DNA of 64,000 nucleotides. Source: Parasitella parasitica NRRL 2501 (lineage: Eukaryota > Fungi > Mucoromycota). The notes under the pieces are model-generated. The model was not told where the DNA came from, ran no database searches, and saw only the letters and a program-made list of their open reading frames with translations. Of the stretch, positions 48,027-59,900 are shown piece by piece (position 1 is the first letter of the stretch; every line of letters starts with the position of its first letter). The DNA lies in NCBI GenBank assembly GCA_025201805.1, contig MU619274.1:129279-193278 (forward strand), read 5' to 3'. A program made the translations under genes and the position numbers.

Positions 48027-49941
48027 ATGGAAAAGTACCCTCAGGATTCTGATCCAGCTTTGGCTGAAAAGTACAGTCAAGGGTCATCAAAGGGCAACGA
48101 CGATGTGAATGAAACCGTAGCTACTAACCATAAGCTCTTCTCGAAGCATACATTACTCAACTATTTCCCAAGATATAAGCTGAAAATCTCTGGTATTTAC
48201 TGATGTAAAATTGAGTTTCTCAAAATTAACAAAAAGCGTAAAACCCAGGTGCTATCAACATCGACGAACGGCCTCCCCTTTACCAATGTTTCTTGATGGG
48301 TATTCAACATGTTTTGGCCATGTTTGGTTCCACTGTTTTAGGTAAGGTTTGGGGGGTTTTTTTTTTGACAGAAGTACATGCTCATCCTATTTTGTACTTG
48401 ATGACATAGCACCTCTAATGATGGGCTTTGACACAAACAGTAAATATTTACATTGTACTTATGACTAATCAAGCTCATTAACAAAAGCACATAGCTGCCC
48501 TGTTCTTTTCTGGTATCGGTACAATTATTTTCTATATCTTTACCGGTGGGAAAGGTTATTATTTTCAATACGAGCTTGTTTTGGCTTCATTGACTAAAAT
48601 TTTGCAAAAGTGCCGTCTTATGTTGGATCATCTTTTGGGTTTATTGGCGTTGTAGTATCAGCTACAGGCTACAACTATACACCTGGTTCTGGCCGTAACG
48701 AATATACTGATATTGCCTGCGGTGGCATTCTCATCTGTGGCATTGTCTATGGCGTAATTGGCCTTGTCGTCTTTTTTGCAGGCTCTGGCTGGATCGACGT
48801 TATTATGCCTCCTGGTAAGCCAAAAACTTTTTTATCATCCGGAATCGGAACGGACTTTGGATGAATCTCTAACCTTATCGAAAAAGTTGTAACTGGCACA
48901 GTCATAACAACAATCGGCATTCACTTGTCAACATCTGCATTCCAAAGTGCTACGCAAACCACCTTTGATGGCTGGATGGCGTTTACTACTATCATGTTGA
49001 TATCGCTTATCAGCATCTACGCACCAGGCATGTTGAAACGCATGCCGATTTTGATAGGCATGGTCATCGGATATCTCATCTATTTCGGTGTTGGCTATTC
49101 TGGTCATGGACCTGCTATTGATTATACTGAATTATATGCCACTCCTTGGTTCGCTGCTCCTACTTTTGTGAAGCCCAAGTTTGAGGGCCAAGCTATCAGC
49201 ATGATTGTTCCGGTTTGTGTGGTTTTATTGGCTGAAAATTTAGGCCATATCAAAGCGGTTGGAGCAATGGCCGAAAAACCTCTTGATAAATACCTTGGTC
49301 GTGCTATTTTAGGTGATGCTGTAGCCACCATAGTGTCTGCTGCTGGTGGTGGACCTGGCACAACCACTTACTCGGAAAATATTGGAGTTATGGTAAATTT
49401 TTAATACAAGTCTTTATTGTTGAATGTTATGAACTCAATTCTTCACTAGGCTGTTACGCAAATTTTCTCTACATTGATCTTTTTAGTTGCTGCTATTATT
49501 GCCATCTTTTTGGGTTTCATCCAAAAGTTTGGCGCTGCTATCCATACCATCCCCGAGGGTGTATTTGGTGGGCTCTCTATCATCCTTTTTGGCTTGATAG
49601 CCGTGTCAGGTGCTAGAATTTGGGTAGAAAATGAGGTCGACTTTAAAGATTCTAGAAATATGCTAGTAGCTGGTATTCCTAGTAAAGTGTTTTCAACCAT
49701 GCATTCTACGTGTAGACCTCTTACTTTCATCGTTATTTATATAGTTATCATCGGTGCAGCTATGCAAACTTCGTTAAAATGGGGTAACTTTCAACTGGAT
49801 GGTATTGGTCTACCCACGTATTCTGCTATTCTTTTATATCAAATTTTGCGTGGTTGGGATAATCTCAGAGATCTCTTTAGCCGCAAGAAAAAGGCGAGAG
49901 CGATGAGCATCAATTCTCAACAAACTTCTGCAGTTGTGTAG
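48027..49941 (+). CDS. NCS2/NAT nucleobase permease, UraA/RutG (uracil) type, multi-exon
   Basis: GIQHVLAMFGST, PSYVGSSF, ENLGHIKAV, TTYSENIGVMAVT and LFGLIAVSGARIW. Confidence 0.9.
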
Positions 49942-50205
49942 AAAATTTAAACCATTTATGTAGTCTGTAAATACCTGTTATCTTTTTTGAATTTATAATC
50001 ACAGTAAAGCTTAATCCATCACATGCTCATTTTTGCCCTCATTGTTGCCCTCGTTGCTCTCTTCATTGTTACCTTCATTGTTCACGCCTGCAGACTGCTT
50101 TTATTTAGGCTCAGGTTTCCAATTTCACATACAAAACAAAAAGTCTATTGTTATTTCGCTTTGTTTTCCCTTATTTTGAAAAATAATCAGCGATAACGTG
50201 TTAAA

Positions 50206-51108
50206 ATGAAGTTCGGCTTCTTTTCTTCGGAATTTAGTGATCAAGGAACTGCAGATGATGGTTGGTTTCTCTGTAGATTTGTAGAAAAGATGGGCATTAG
50301 TTGGTAACTTAAAATTTAGGAAGCTGGAAGTTTTGTGGCCTTGACAAAACACAACGTTTGTTCGCCTTTGGTGCTTGGTAAGTTTCTGATAGATGTAGAG
50401 GGCCTTTGAAATATCGTTAACATGCCAGAAACTCCCAAGTTTTGCTGTTGGCGCCCTTTTATCCATCTTGGTATGCTGAGCATTTATTTTTTCGGGATAA
50501 AGATGCTAACGCATGAGTATCGTAGTCGACTCTAATCCTATTAGTGGGGAACATTGTTGCTTTTTGTATTATTTATAGCTGTGGTAATATTATTTCTCTG
50601 TTCAGGTAAGATACAAAAGACTTATGAAAAAGCGATAGGAAGGATATTTACATCATTGATATTGTTAGTTTAACATTTGTTGTTGGTATTCCCAAACAAT
50701 TCAAAACTATGTTTGCTCCAGGTAAACATTCAAACTATATGATCTCAAATCTCTTAAGTGAATCTTCTGTATTCTATAGTTCGTTTTTGGGCGACTATTA
50801 TTTACTTGTCACTACTTGTTTTGACACTTGCAATGTCCATCTGGGTATGAAAGAAAGGAGCATTAGGGCTTAAATTGTGAAAGGCTTGACTCTAACTATT
50901 ATTTCTCACTTTTAGTTGAAGAATTTTGTCTTATCCATCGTCTTGGTCTGCATTCAATTTGCTGCTCTCGTCTGGTATTCGTAAGTGTGTCATTTTTATA
51001 GAAATTAAGCAGAAATTAATTGTTTTGCATCTGCTTAGAGCAAGTTATATCCCATACGGCCGTGAACTCATTCGTCGTTTCTTTGGAAGTTGCGTAACTT
51101 CCATCTAG
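50206..51108 (+). CDS. SFT2: SFT2/Got1-family vesicle transport membrane protein, many small exons
   Basis: QRLFAFGAC, YSCGNIISLFS.TFVVG.PKQFKTMFAP.RF.AT, IQFAALVWYS.SYIPYGR. Confidence 0.85.
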
Positions 51109-51917
51109 CTTGATAGCAGTAAAATGATTAACAAGAAATATGTGCATATAGCATTATGATGAATTTTTCTTGACAAATATTTACAGTTGGTAATGAATGT
51201 GCGTAGTAGTGCGTGATTTATACATGATTGTGTGAGACATATTCATTCTCCAGTTGTACAATATAGTAAACCATGTATATATACTTCGACCTTCGTGCCG
51301 TTATACTGATATGAATTTGCTGGTAAAGCCCTAGATTGTTGCATAGGCAAAATTCAGCCAATGAAATGCCTGGAAATTAACTACAAACACCATATTTTTT
51401 ATTTGACGGAGTTTAAAATACTACCATAAAATTATTAGTGTGGTGGTGTTGTAGTCGACAAAGAATTTCGCTAAATAATGATTTATATGCATAGAAAATG
51501 GCTATATACTCCAGAAATCGTTTAAATTCAGTCCGTATGCCATCAATTGTACCTTTCTCAGCTACTATGCTTACCAATAGCATTTTTTTTGCAGTAGCAA
51601 CTGTCTTTTTTCTTTTTTTTTTTTTTGCTGGATAACATTGATAGATTTATGGATAAATACCACAATGAAGGTGCCGTATATCTCAAATTTTTCGATATAA
51701 TAACTTAATGTAAATTCACGGCTTTCAACTGTGCCTGAATAGTAGTGCTTGTTGGGAATTTGTTTATGTATGAATTGCTGCATATATGGTATCAACGCAA
51801 CATCTAAGCGCAAAATTCCAACAATAATGCAATCAAGCAAATCTACAATAGTCACGTAAAGCTCCATGACGCTAAGCTTCATCATGCTTAACGCATTTTC
51901 CTTTTCAACATTTCCGC

Positions 51918-53606
51918 ATGCAAGTCTTTTCACGTAAGCTACTCGTATTTGGCTTGATAGCGCTATTGATAGGAGCCACAGTGGCATCTACTTCAAGTCA
52001 ACAACAGAAGCACTTTCCTCATAGACACAACTCACTTGATGTCAAAGCAATACTCGAGCACCATGGTAAACCAGACACATCAAATGCACATAGTAAGCAT
52101 TTTCAGGGAGAAACTTTAGCGTATGTCACTCCGTGGAACAACAGAGGTATGTTCAAAGATACGAACTCATGAACTGCCTTTTATGCTAACATATGCATGT
52201 TTCAGGGTATGACATTGTAAAAGAGTTCAAGGGAAAGTTTGACTAGTAAGTAGAAGCATCAGAAGGCATCGCTCTTGAGAAAGTGACACTATTTTGACCA
52301 GCATATCTCCAGTTTGGTATTATATTCAACGCAGGTAAGGTTCACAGCAAAATCAAATACTGGATTTTCACACTCAACAATCTTGACATACAGGTCATCA
52401 ATGCAATTTGATATGGATGGAGAGCATGATGTAGATCAGGGTGTAAGTACTCTTAAGCAAAGAAATTGAGTGAGCCTCATATCGTATGAATGCGAACAGT
52501 GGATGAGAGACGTCAGGGATGAAAAAACTGGCAGAGGAAAGATTTCACCTCGATTTCAGTTTCGAGGTTGGACGGGCGATGACTTGAGATTGTTTGTATC
52601 TGACGAGAAAGAATCTCAAGTATTAGCAAAAGCAATCATGGAGCAAGTCAAGTATGTTTTTTTTTCAAAATTTGGTGAAAAATACGATTTTAATCATGAA
52701 TAATAGTAAATACAATTTTGATGGTCTAGTCATTGAATGTGGATTTCCTGCCTTCTTTCAGGGCTTCCTCATTCAATTGTCCAAATTGCTCCACCAGGAA
52801 GATCGCCATTTAATCGTGGTTTTGCCTGCAATCATGAGTGAGGACCATAAGAAATACATGACATCTGATATATTTCATACAATGTCCCAATATGTGGATC
52901 GGTTTAGCTTAATGACCTATGATTTTTCTAGCCATGACCCGTAATTATTTTCAGTGAAAAATGGTGTCGAGTACTGATTTTTGAAAATAATAGAAATGGT
53001 GGACCAGCATCACCTATCGAATGGATGATGGATAATATTGAACACCTCACGCCAGAAGAAAAAGGACGCAGCAAGCTATTGGTTGGGTTAAATATGTACG
53101 CCATGTCGTATTTGCCTACACGAGCTCCAGAACCTTTAGTTATGAAGACGGTAATTGAGAAACTGTCAGATCAACCCAAGCAGATGCTGTTAGATGATGA
53201 GCTTTTTGAAGATAATGAGCTAGATAACACGTTATCCGAGGCGCTAAATTGGGACTCTACAACTCAAGAAGCATGGTTTGTTGATATTGATGAGGAAGGA
53301 ATTAGGCAGGGCACCATTTGGTTACCTACGTTGCGAGTAAGACATACATCAGTTATCAATAAAAGATATGTAGACTGACTCTTTGTTTTTAGTCTATTAA
53401 AAACCGTTTGAGACTAGCCGAAGATTATGGGGGTAGGAGAAAGATTAACGATTATATGTATTTTAACTAATTTATTGGACTCGATCAGTTGGAGTTGCCC
53501 TTTGGGAAGTTGGTCAAGGACTCGATTACTATGTAGGTTCTGAAAATACTGCAACATGAGAAGTTTTTCTAATTTTTCTACAATATCTCAGTATGATCTC
53601 TTTTAG
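51918..53606 (+). CDS. CHID1: Chitinase-domain-containing protein 1 (GH18-like, SI-CLP/CHID1), many small exons
   Basis: Signal peptide, TLAYVTPWNNRGYD, SPVWY, FSLMTYDFS, LLVGLNMY and GVALWEVGQGLDYYYDLF*. Confidence 0.88.
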
Positions 53607-54267
53607 AAACAATATGGGATTTGTAGTCTACTTTCTAAAGTTTCGAGAAAGCTCTTTTTTATACATTAAAGATATGGCTGTTATGCGTTGATACGTGCTT
53701 TGACCAGCAGACATTTACATCAATGTGTTTATTTTATTGCAAAATTGGCTCGAGAAATCAGAGTTAAACATTGATGCTAACTCTTTAAATTTGAGTAAAA
53801 TTACGTGTAAAAGGTCTAGAGACTATGATTAACCATTTAAACAATTTGGTTTGTACATTTAAAATATACAGTTAAATAATACACCTCACAGCAAGTGTTC
53901 TTTTGACTTTGTTTGCGTATTGTCTTCAAGATTTTCAAGAATGATCCATTCAGGGCTGTGGTTTCAAGTTTGTGGAGTTGCACGGGGCCAAAGGCATACT
54001 GCCTATTTGTGCAATTAGTGCTTTCGACCATAACAAAACAGTTTTAAAGATTGGCCTTTTTTGCGTTGGATATTTGCTGCAAATGCAACGTGACATACCA
54101 TGCAGCTAAAGACAACACTGTTTTTAGCATGTTTCCCGTCTTTCGATCATCGGCAACGTTGCCTGGATTTGAGTTTCAATAATGCAAGATGTTGAAACAT
54201 CATTTTGTTGTGTACAGTATTTCTTTCTTTTTTCTTCAACTTCCTCAACATAATCTCAAAAAGAAAA

Positions 54268-56607
54268 ATGAGTCTCGCGCCTTCTTCGTTTGAGATATCC
54301 GAGGCCAAGGTAACCATACACTACAAATACGCTGGCGATAAAAAGGTTATCCGCCACGAAAATGAAATTGTACGACCAGGTAAACCTTTCATCGGCCAAG
54401 ACATCCAAGTTAGCTCCAAGGCAGTGAGCCACTCTGATAAAAAGGGAGGCTATTTGCTTTCATACCACATTAAGGCGTTTAAACGCATCGAGTTGGTTAA
54501 ATTTGAAGCAACGTACATGACTGACCTGAAGAATCAACGTATGATGGCCAACGGTTTTCAAAGCTGGAGCCAAGCTCGTGAATTCACTAAAGATGACAAG
54601 ATCCCCCCCATCCGCTCTGGTATCGCTTGGTATACGCAGCTCAATCTCCAGGGGTAAGATTTTGAATCGAAGTCAGACTTTGCTCTATTAACATATTATT
54701 TGTGCATAGCGATTACGATATCTTCCAACACACCGGTGAGAAAGGACTAATCCACTCGAGCAGCTACACCCACTTTCGCGATCAAAAAAATGTGCTTTCC
54801 TTTTTTGGATCTGTTTCCGAGCATTTAGGCTACACGTATTTCAAGGGCAACTTCAATAGCAACATGCTCAGTATCTACAAGGACGTTCTTGGCAAGATTG
54901 TGGAGGAAAATGAGGAAATCGAGTTTGTGCGTGTGTTTATTGCTCAAGGGCTGGATGGCGAAGCTCCCATTTGGGACAGCTATGCAGAATTTTTCAAGGA
55001 CCGTAGAGCCATCAAGAACAATGAAGACGACAAGCGACATGTCAATGGCTGGACGTCTTGGTATAACTACTATGGCGATGTCAGCGAGGATATCATCAAC
55101 GAGAACGTAGAAGCTTTGCAAAAACACAAGTATCCCATCAACATTTTCCAGATTGACGATGGGTTTCAAACTGCCATTGGTGATTGGTTGTCTATCAATG
55201 GCAAATTTCCAAACGGCATGAAGGTTGTAGCCGATAAAATTAAAGGTGCTGGATTCAAGGCTGGTCTTTGGCTTGCCCCTTACGCTGTAGGATACACAAG
55301 TCGCATTGTCAAAGAACATCCAGATTGGCTGATTATTGACCCAGAAATTAAAAAGCCCGTGGTTGCGGGCCCTAATTGGGGCGGCTTTTATGCGTTGGAC
55401 ATCTATAATCCTGAAGCGAGAGAGTATTTGAAGCATGTGTTCGATGTTGTATTACACGATTGGGGCTTTGATATGCTGAAGCTCGATTTTTGTTTCGCTG
55501 CAGCCATGATTCCTCGCAATGGCAAATCCCGCGGTGAAATCATGTGGGATGCCATGGATTTGATTCGTGATCTAGTAGGCCCTGATAAGCTTGTACTTGG
55601 CTGTGGTGTACCTCTGGCCTCTGCCTTTAGAAAGGTAGATTATTGTCGTATTGGATCTGATGTAGCCCCGTGGTGGGAGGGTAAGAATAGCTTTGACGTG
55701 TCTTTTTTTTTATATATATTTGTTCACACCTTACACAGATTCAAAACTAAAGCTTCTTCATGTTCGTGAGCGTGTGTCGACAGCAAACTCGCTAGTATCA
55801 ACCTTAACTCGTTGGACAATGTCTGATCGTATGTTTGGTAATGATCCTGACGTGATGATTCTTCGTAACCATAAAAACAAGCTGACTCCGGATGAGAGAT
55901 ACACATTGTGTGTCCTCAACAACATTTTGGGTGCTCTTGTATTCAGCTCTGATAACGTGGCCTTGTATGGTCCAGACGAACATCTCTTATATTCTGCTAC
56001 GTTTCCAAAAGTCATTGCTCGTGTACAAAGTGTGATTGAATTCAGCCGCAACTGTTTTGAAGTGCATTTTACTGTAAACGATGCTAACGGAACTTCCCGT
56101 AACTACACCACTTTTGCTAACCTCACCGACGAAGAGAAAATAATTTATTTGCCTGTATCCTCAAAAGACACGCATCTTTTGTTTGCCACAGATAACGATA
56201 TGCACATGAGCCAAGCAGATGATTCAGAGGCATTGTTTTACCACCCTTCTTCCCGTGGTAAACTCAAGGTGCACGAAACCAAGACTTTCATGCATATTCC
56301 GGAGCCTACTCCAAATCAACAAAATCTGCTTCTTTTGGGTACTACCAGCCATATCGTGCCTGGCGCTGAATTGAATCAGTTCAGCAACGATAATGGGGCG
56401 CTTACAATCACTTTTAGATCTGAAAATACAAGGCACCACAAGGTCTATGTTGGTCTTGGTCCATATCTTCATCAAAACCGCAATTTCGCTCCTCTTTCTT
56501 GTAAGATTGACGGGAAACAAGTGAATCACGAATGGATTCCTGTGCGTGGTGATGGAGAAGGAAGACCTAAAAGTGAAGTTTTGGCTTTCGTAGTTGAGGG
56601 AAATTAG
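54268..56607 (+). CDS. Alpha-galactosidase, GH36 (clan D), bacterial-type, two introns, no signal peptide
   Basis: NGFQSWS, GWTSWYNYY, FQIDDGFQ, GLWLAPY, LKLDF (nucleophile), LGCGVP, RIGSDV (acid/base) and NDPDV.ILR. Confidence 0.88.
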
Positions 56608-57117
56608 ATTTGTGCCTAATCTTATTATTTTTCTACTTGTACGAAATAAATGAGGCGTTCCATGTCCCCTTTGTATCCGCATACCTTATTGAACTGCTGT
56701 ATGTTGTCCTGCTCTCCACCCTTCCTGCGAAAGCGCAATTTTAGAATTCATTGGTCATCAACAAGTGGTATAATAGCCCAGGACAAGTAGCAATGAACAC
56801 CAGTAAAAGCCTTTCTGGCCACTTCGATCTGTACTACTAGCAATCAAAGCTTGCTTTTCCAGACACTTTCAACAAACTATGCGATTAAGCTGAATTCAGT
56901 CACTAAAACTAGCATTGCAAGGAATTTAAATATAAAGACGTTAAAGGGTTATTAGAAGCATGCATGTAGACATTTTACAAAAGGATCTTTGCAAACAAAA
57001 TACATCAGGAATAGACATTTGGGAGAGTTTGAGTCTCACCTTACAAACAGTAATTCACGAAAATCAGCCATTTATTAGCGATGAAGAATTATGCTCTGCG
57101 TTTATTTGAATAATACA

Positions 57118-57208
57118 ATATCATAACTAAAAAAAAATTTTTAGAAATTATTTCCTTTAAAAAAGTCGAAAACCTTCCTAATAGAAGGTAATAACTGAAT
57201 ATTTCCCT
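57118..57208. repeat. Short dispersed repeat, copy 2
   Basis: TATCATAACTAAAAAAAAATTT...AAAAAAGTCGAAAACCTTCCTAAT.AGAAGGTAATAACTGAATATTTCCCT is the reverse complement of 440-562. Confidence 0.85.
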
Positions 57209-58514
57209 GCATTTTATGCTAATTTCTTTTGAAATCCAAAGAGTATAATAAAAAGGCTATTAATTTCGTTCATTACCAACTTACTTTTCAATGTCCTCTC
57301 TTAGAGTAGGTTTCGCTTTTACAACAAAATTTTACTGCTATGCAAGCTTATAATGCTACTATTCCTATTCCCATGCACTTGACTATTCCACCTTTGTATT
57401 TCTTTGGTACTTGCCCTCATTACGATTGGACTCCCGCGGATTATCTAATAGATGCATGGAACTGAATCCGTTCCCTTGCATGCATTCAAACTACTTTTGG
57501 CAAACTGGGAGACTGTCATCGAGTCTTAAATTCCTATGGCTCATGTAGACTACATAGCACCTGCCATTATTCCTACGGCGGCTGAAGGGTACTATGAGCA
57601 AAAGTTAAAGGTTTGAGGATAGTTCTTTTAAACTACTGTAATGCCTCTTATCCACTGCGTTACCTTCATTGAATATTCTCGATTATGAGATGTTTACTTA
57701 TGTTACTACTGGCAGCTGTCTGTTTTTGCTATTAACTAGAGGTTGAATCTCATCTCAATTCCAACAATAATACTGAATTGTATAAAGACTTTTAGAAACA
57801 ACGACCAGAGCAATCCTGGCTTCCTATTTCAATCATTATCAAGACCCAGCGTTCTCCTAGTAATCGTTTGTAGTCTCTTTTTTAATTTTCTTTGGAGATA
57901 ATCTTTATTTTTATCGAAAGAACTCTCAGTAGCCCTAATTTCAAACACAATAATTGTTATGCGCAAAGGATATATGAATATGATCTGCTCAAAATATGTA
58001 TAAATTTATTGATAAGAAAATGCCATATTTTTATACTAGATTATATCAATTGTAACATCATTTGTCATCATGGTTAAACATCGAAGTTAATTACATGTTG
58101 TATTATACATTAATTCCTTGTCATTGTATACAAAGAATTACCAATCTAATAATTGCTTAATCTCATGCCTTTCTAGCACAGAACCAGAAGCTTAAGTTTT
58201 GTTAATAGAATTACCCTCAATCCCAACCCTAGCCTCTATTTTACTTTCTGTTTTACATGTTTAGTATTGTGATCACAAAAATGGGAACTCTTGAACTAAC
58301 ATTAAGCATTATTATAAGCAACAATGGTAATAGGGCTTTTCAGTCATTAGCAAGTAGCAACTTATGAGTTATTTACAAATAACAAGGGGCTATTGCAGCA
58401 AACATTGTATTCATTAATAATCCTCTTCTGCTTCCAAATCAATAGGCCACATGTTTTTGATTATATTCATATGAAGAAAGGTATACTTGTGGTATCAAAA
58501 ATACTTACTTTATA

Positions 58515-59510
58515 NNNNNNNNNNNNNNNNNNNNNNNNNNNNNNNNNNNNNNNNNNNNNNNNNNNNNNNNNNNNNNNNNNNNNNNNNNNNNNNNNNNNNN
58601 NNNNNNNNNNNNNNNNNNNNNNNNNNNNNNNNNNNNNNNNNNNNNNNNNNNNNNNNNNNNNNNNNNNNNNNNNNNNNNNNNNNNNNNNNNNNNNNNNNNN
58701 NNNNNNNNNNNNNNNNNNNNNNNNNNNNNNNNNNNNNNNNNNNNNNNNNNNNNNNNNNNNNNNNNNNNNNNNNNNNNNNNNNNNNNNNNNNNNNNNNNNN
58801 NNNNNNNNNNNNNNNNNNNNNNNNNNNNNNNNNNNNNNNNNNNNNNNNNNNNNNNNNNNNNNNNNNNNNNNNNNNNNNNNNNNNNNNNNNNNNNNNNNNN
58901 NNNNNNNNNNNNNNNNNNNNNNNNNNNNNNNNNNNNNNNNNNNNNNNNNNNNNNNNNNNNNNNNNNNNNNNNNNNNNNNNNNNNNNNNNNNNNNNNNNNN
59001 NNNNNNNNNNNNNNNNNNNNNNNNNNNNNNNNNNNNNNNNNNNNNNNNNNNNNNNNNNNNNNNNNNNNNNNNNNNNNNNNNNNNNNNNNNNNNNNNNNNN
59101 NNNNNNNNNNNNNNNNNNNNNNNNNNNNNNNNNNNNNNNNNNNNNNNNNNNNNNNNNNNNNNNNNNNNNNNNNNNNNNNNNNNNNNNNNNNNNNNNNNNN
59201 NNNNNNNNNNNNNNNNNNNNNNNNNNNNNNNNNNNNNNNNNNNNNNNNNNNNNNNNNNNNNNNNNNNNNNNNNNNNNNNNNNNNNNNNNNNNNNNNNNNN
59301 NNNNNNNNNNNNNNNNNNNNNNNNNNNNNNNNNNNNNNNNNNNNNNNNNNNNNNNNNNNNNNNNNNNNNNNNNNNNNNNNNNNNNNNNNNNNNNNNNNNN
59401 NNNNNNNNNNNNNNNNNNNNNNNNNNNNNNNNNNNNNNNNNNNNNNNNNNNNNNNNNNNNNNNNNNNNNNNNNNNNNNNNNNNNNNNNNNNNNNNNNNNN
59501 NNNNNNNNNA
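58515..59510. other. Assembly gap (about 1 kb of Ns)
   Basis: Run of n. ORFs spanning it are artefacts. Confidence 0.99.
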
Positions 59511-59599
59511 AGATATACACTTTTTAACCATTCCAATATTATGGAAAGATGGCACAGGTTTGACTAGCTGTTCTATTGTGCAAATGGATATAGAGAACC

Positions 59600-59900
59600 C
59601 TGCTAGGTTCTTATCTGACAAGACCTTCTAAACTAGAAGACGCCAGATCAAGTGAAGGTATAAGAAAATGCCAGAGGAAAGGAAACAATCTACCATCAGG
59701 ATAACACACCCATTTATAAAAAATTCATCTGTATAGAAATTTTTGAAATCTCGAGGACATAAAATGTGTTCATATTCAACCTTGCTCCCATTCCTGAATC
59801 CAATTAAAGATTTTCGATCCCAAGGCAGCAAACACACTTATATCCAAAATCTCAGATGTTTGTCTATAGACAACCGTAACCTTTTAAAAACTACTTAGAA
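59600..59900 (+). mobile_element. Tc1/mariner-IS630 (DDE_3) transposase remnant
   Basis: Across a frameshift and a stop it reads QDNTPIYK..SSV*KFLKSRGHK....LLPFLNPIKDFRS, matching the DNA.IH...SRG....LPPYSPFLNPIE.FWS motif. Confidence 0.55.

Noticed and set aside
49682-49744. Apparent 21-aa insertion in the permease ORF
   Set aside because: It is an in-frame GT-AG intron, and removing it restores the family alignment.
58393-59631. Long X-filled ORFs
   Set aside because: Artefacts of the 1-kb N gap.
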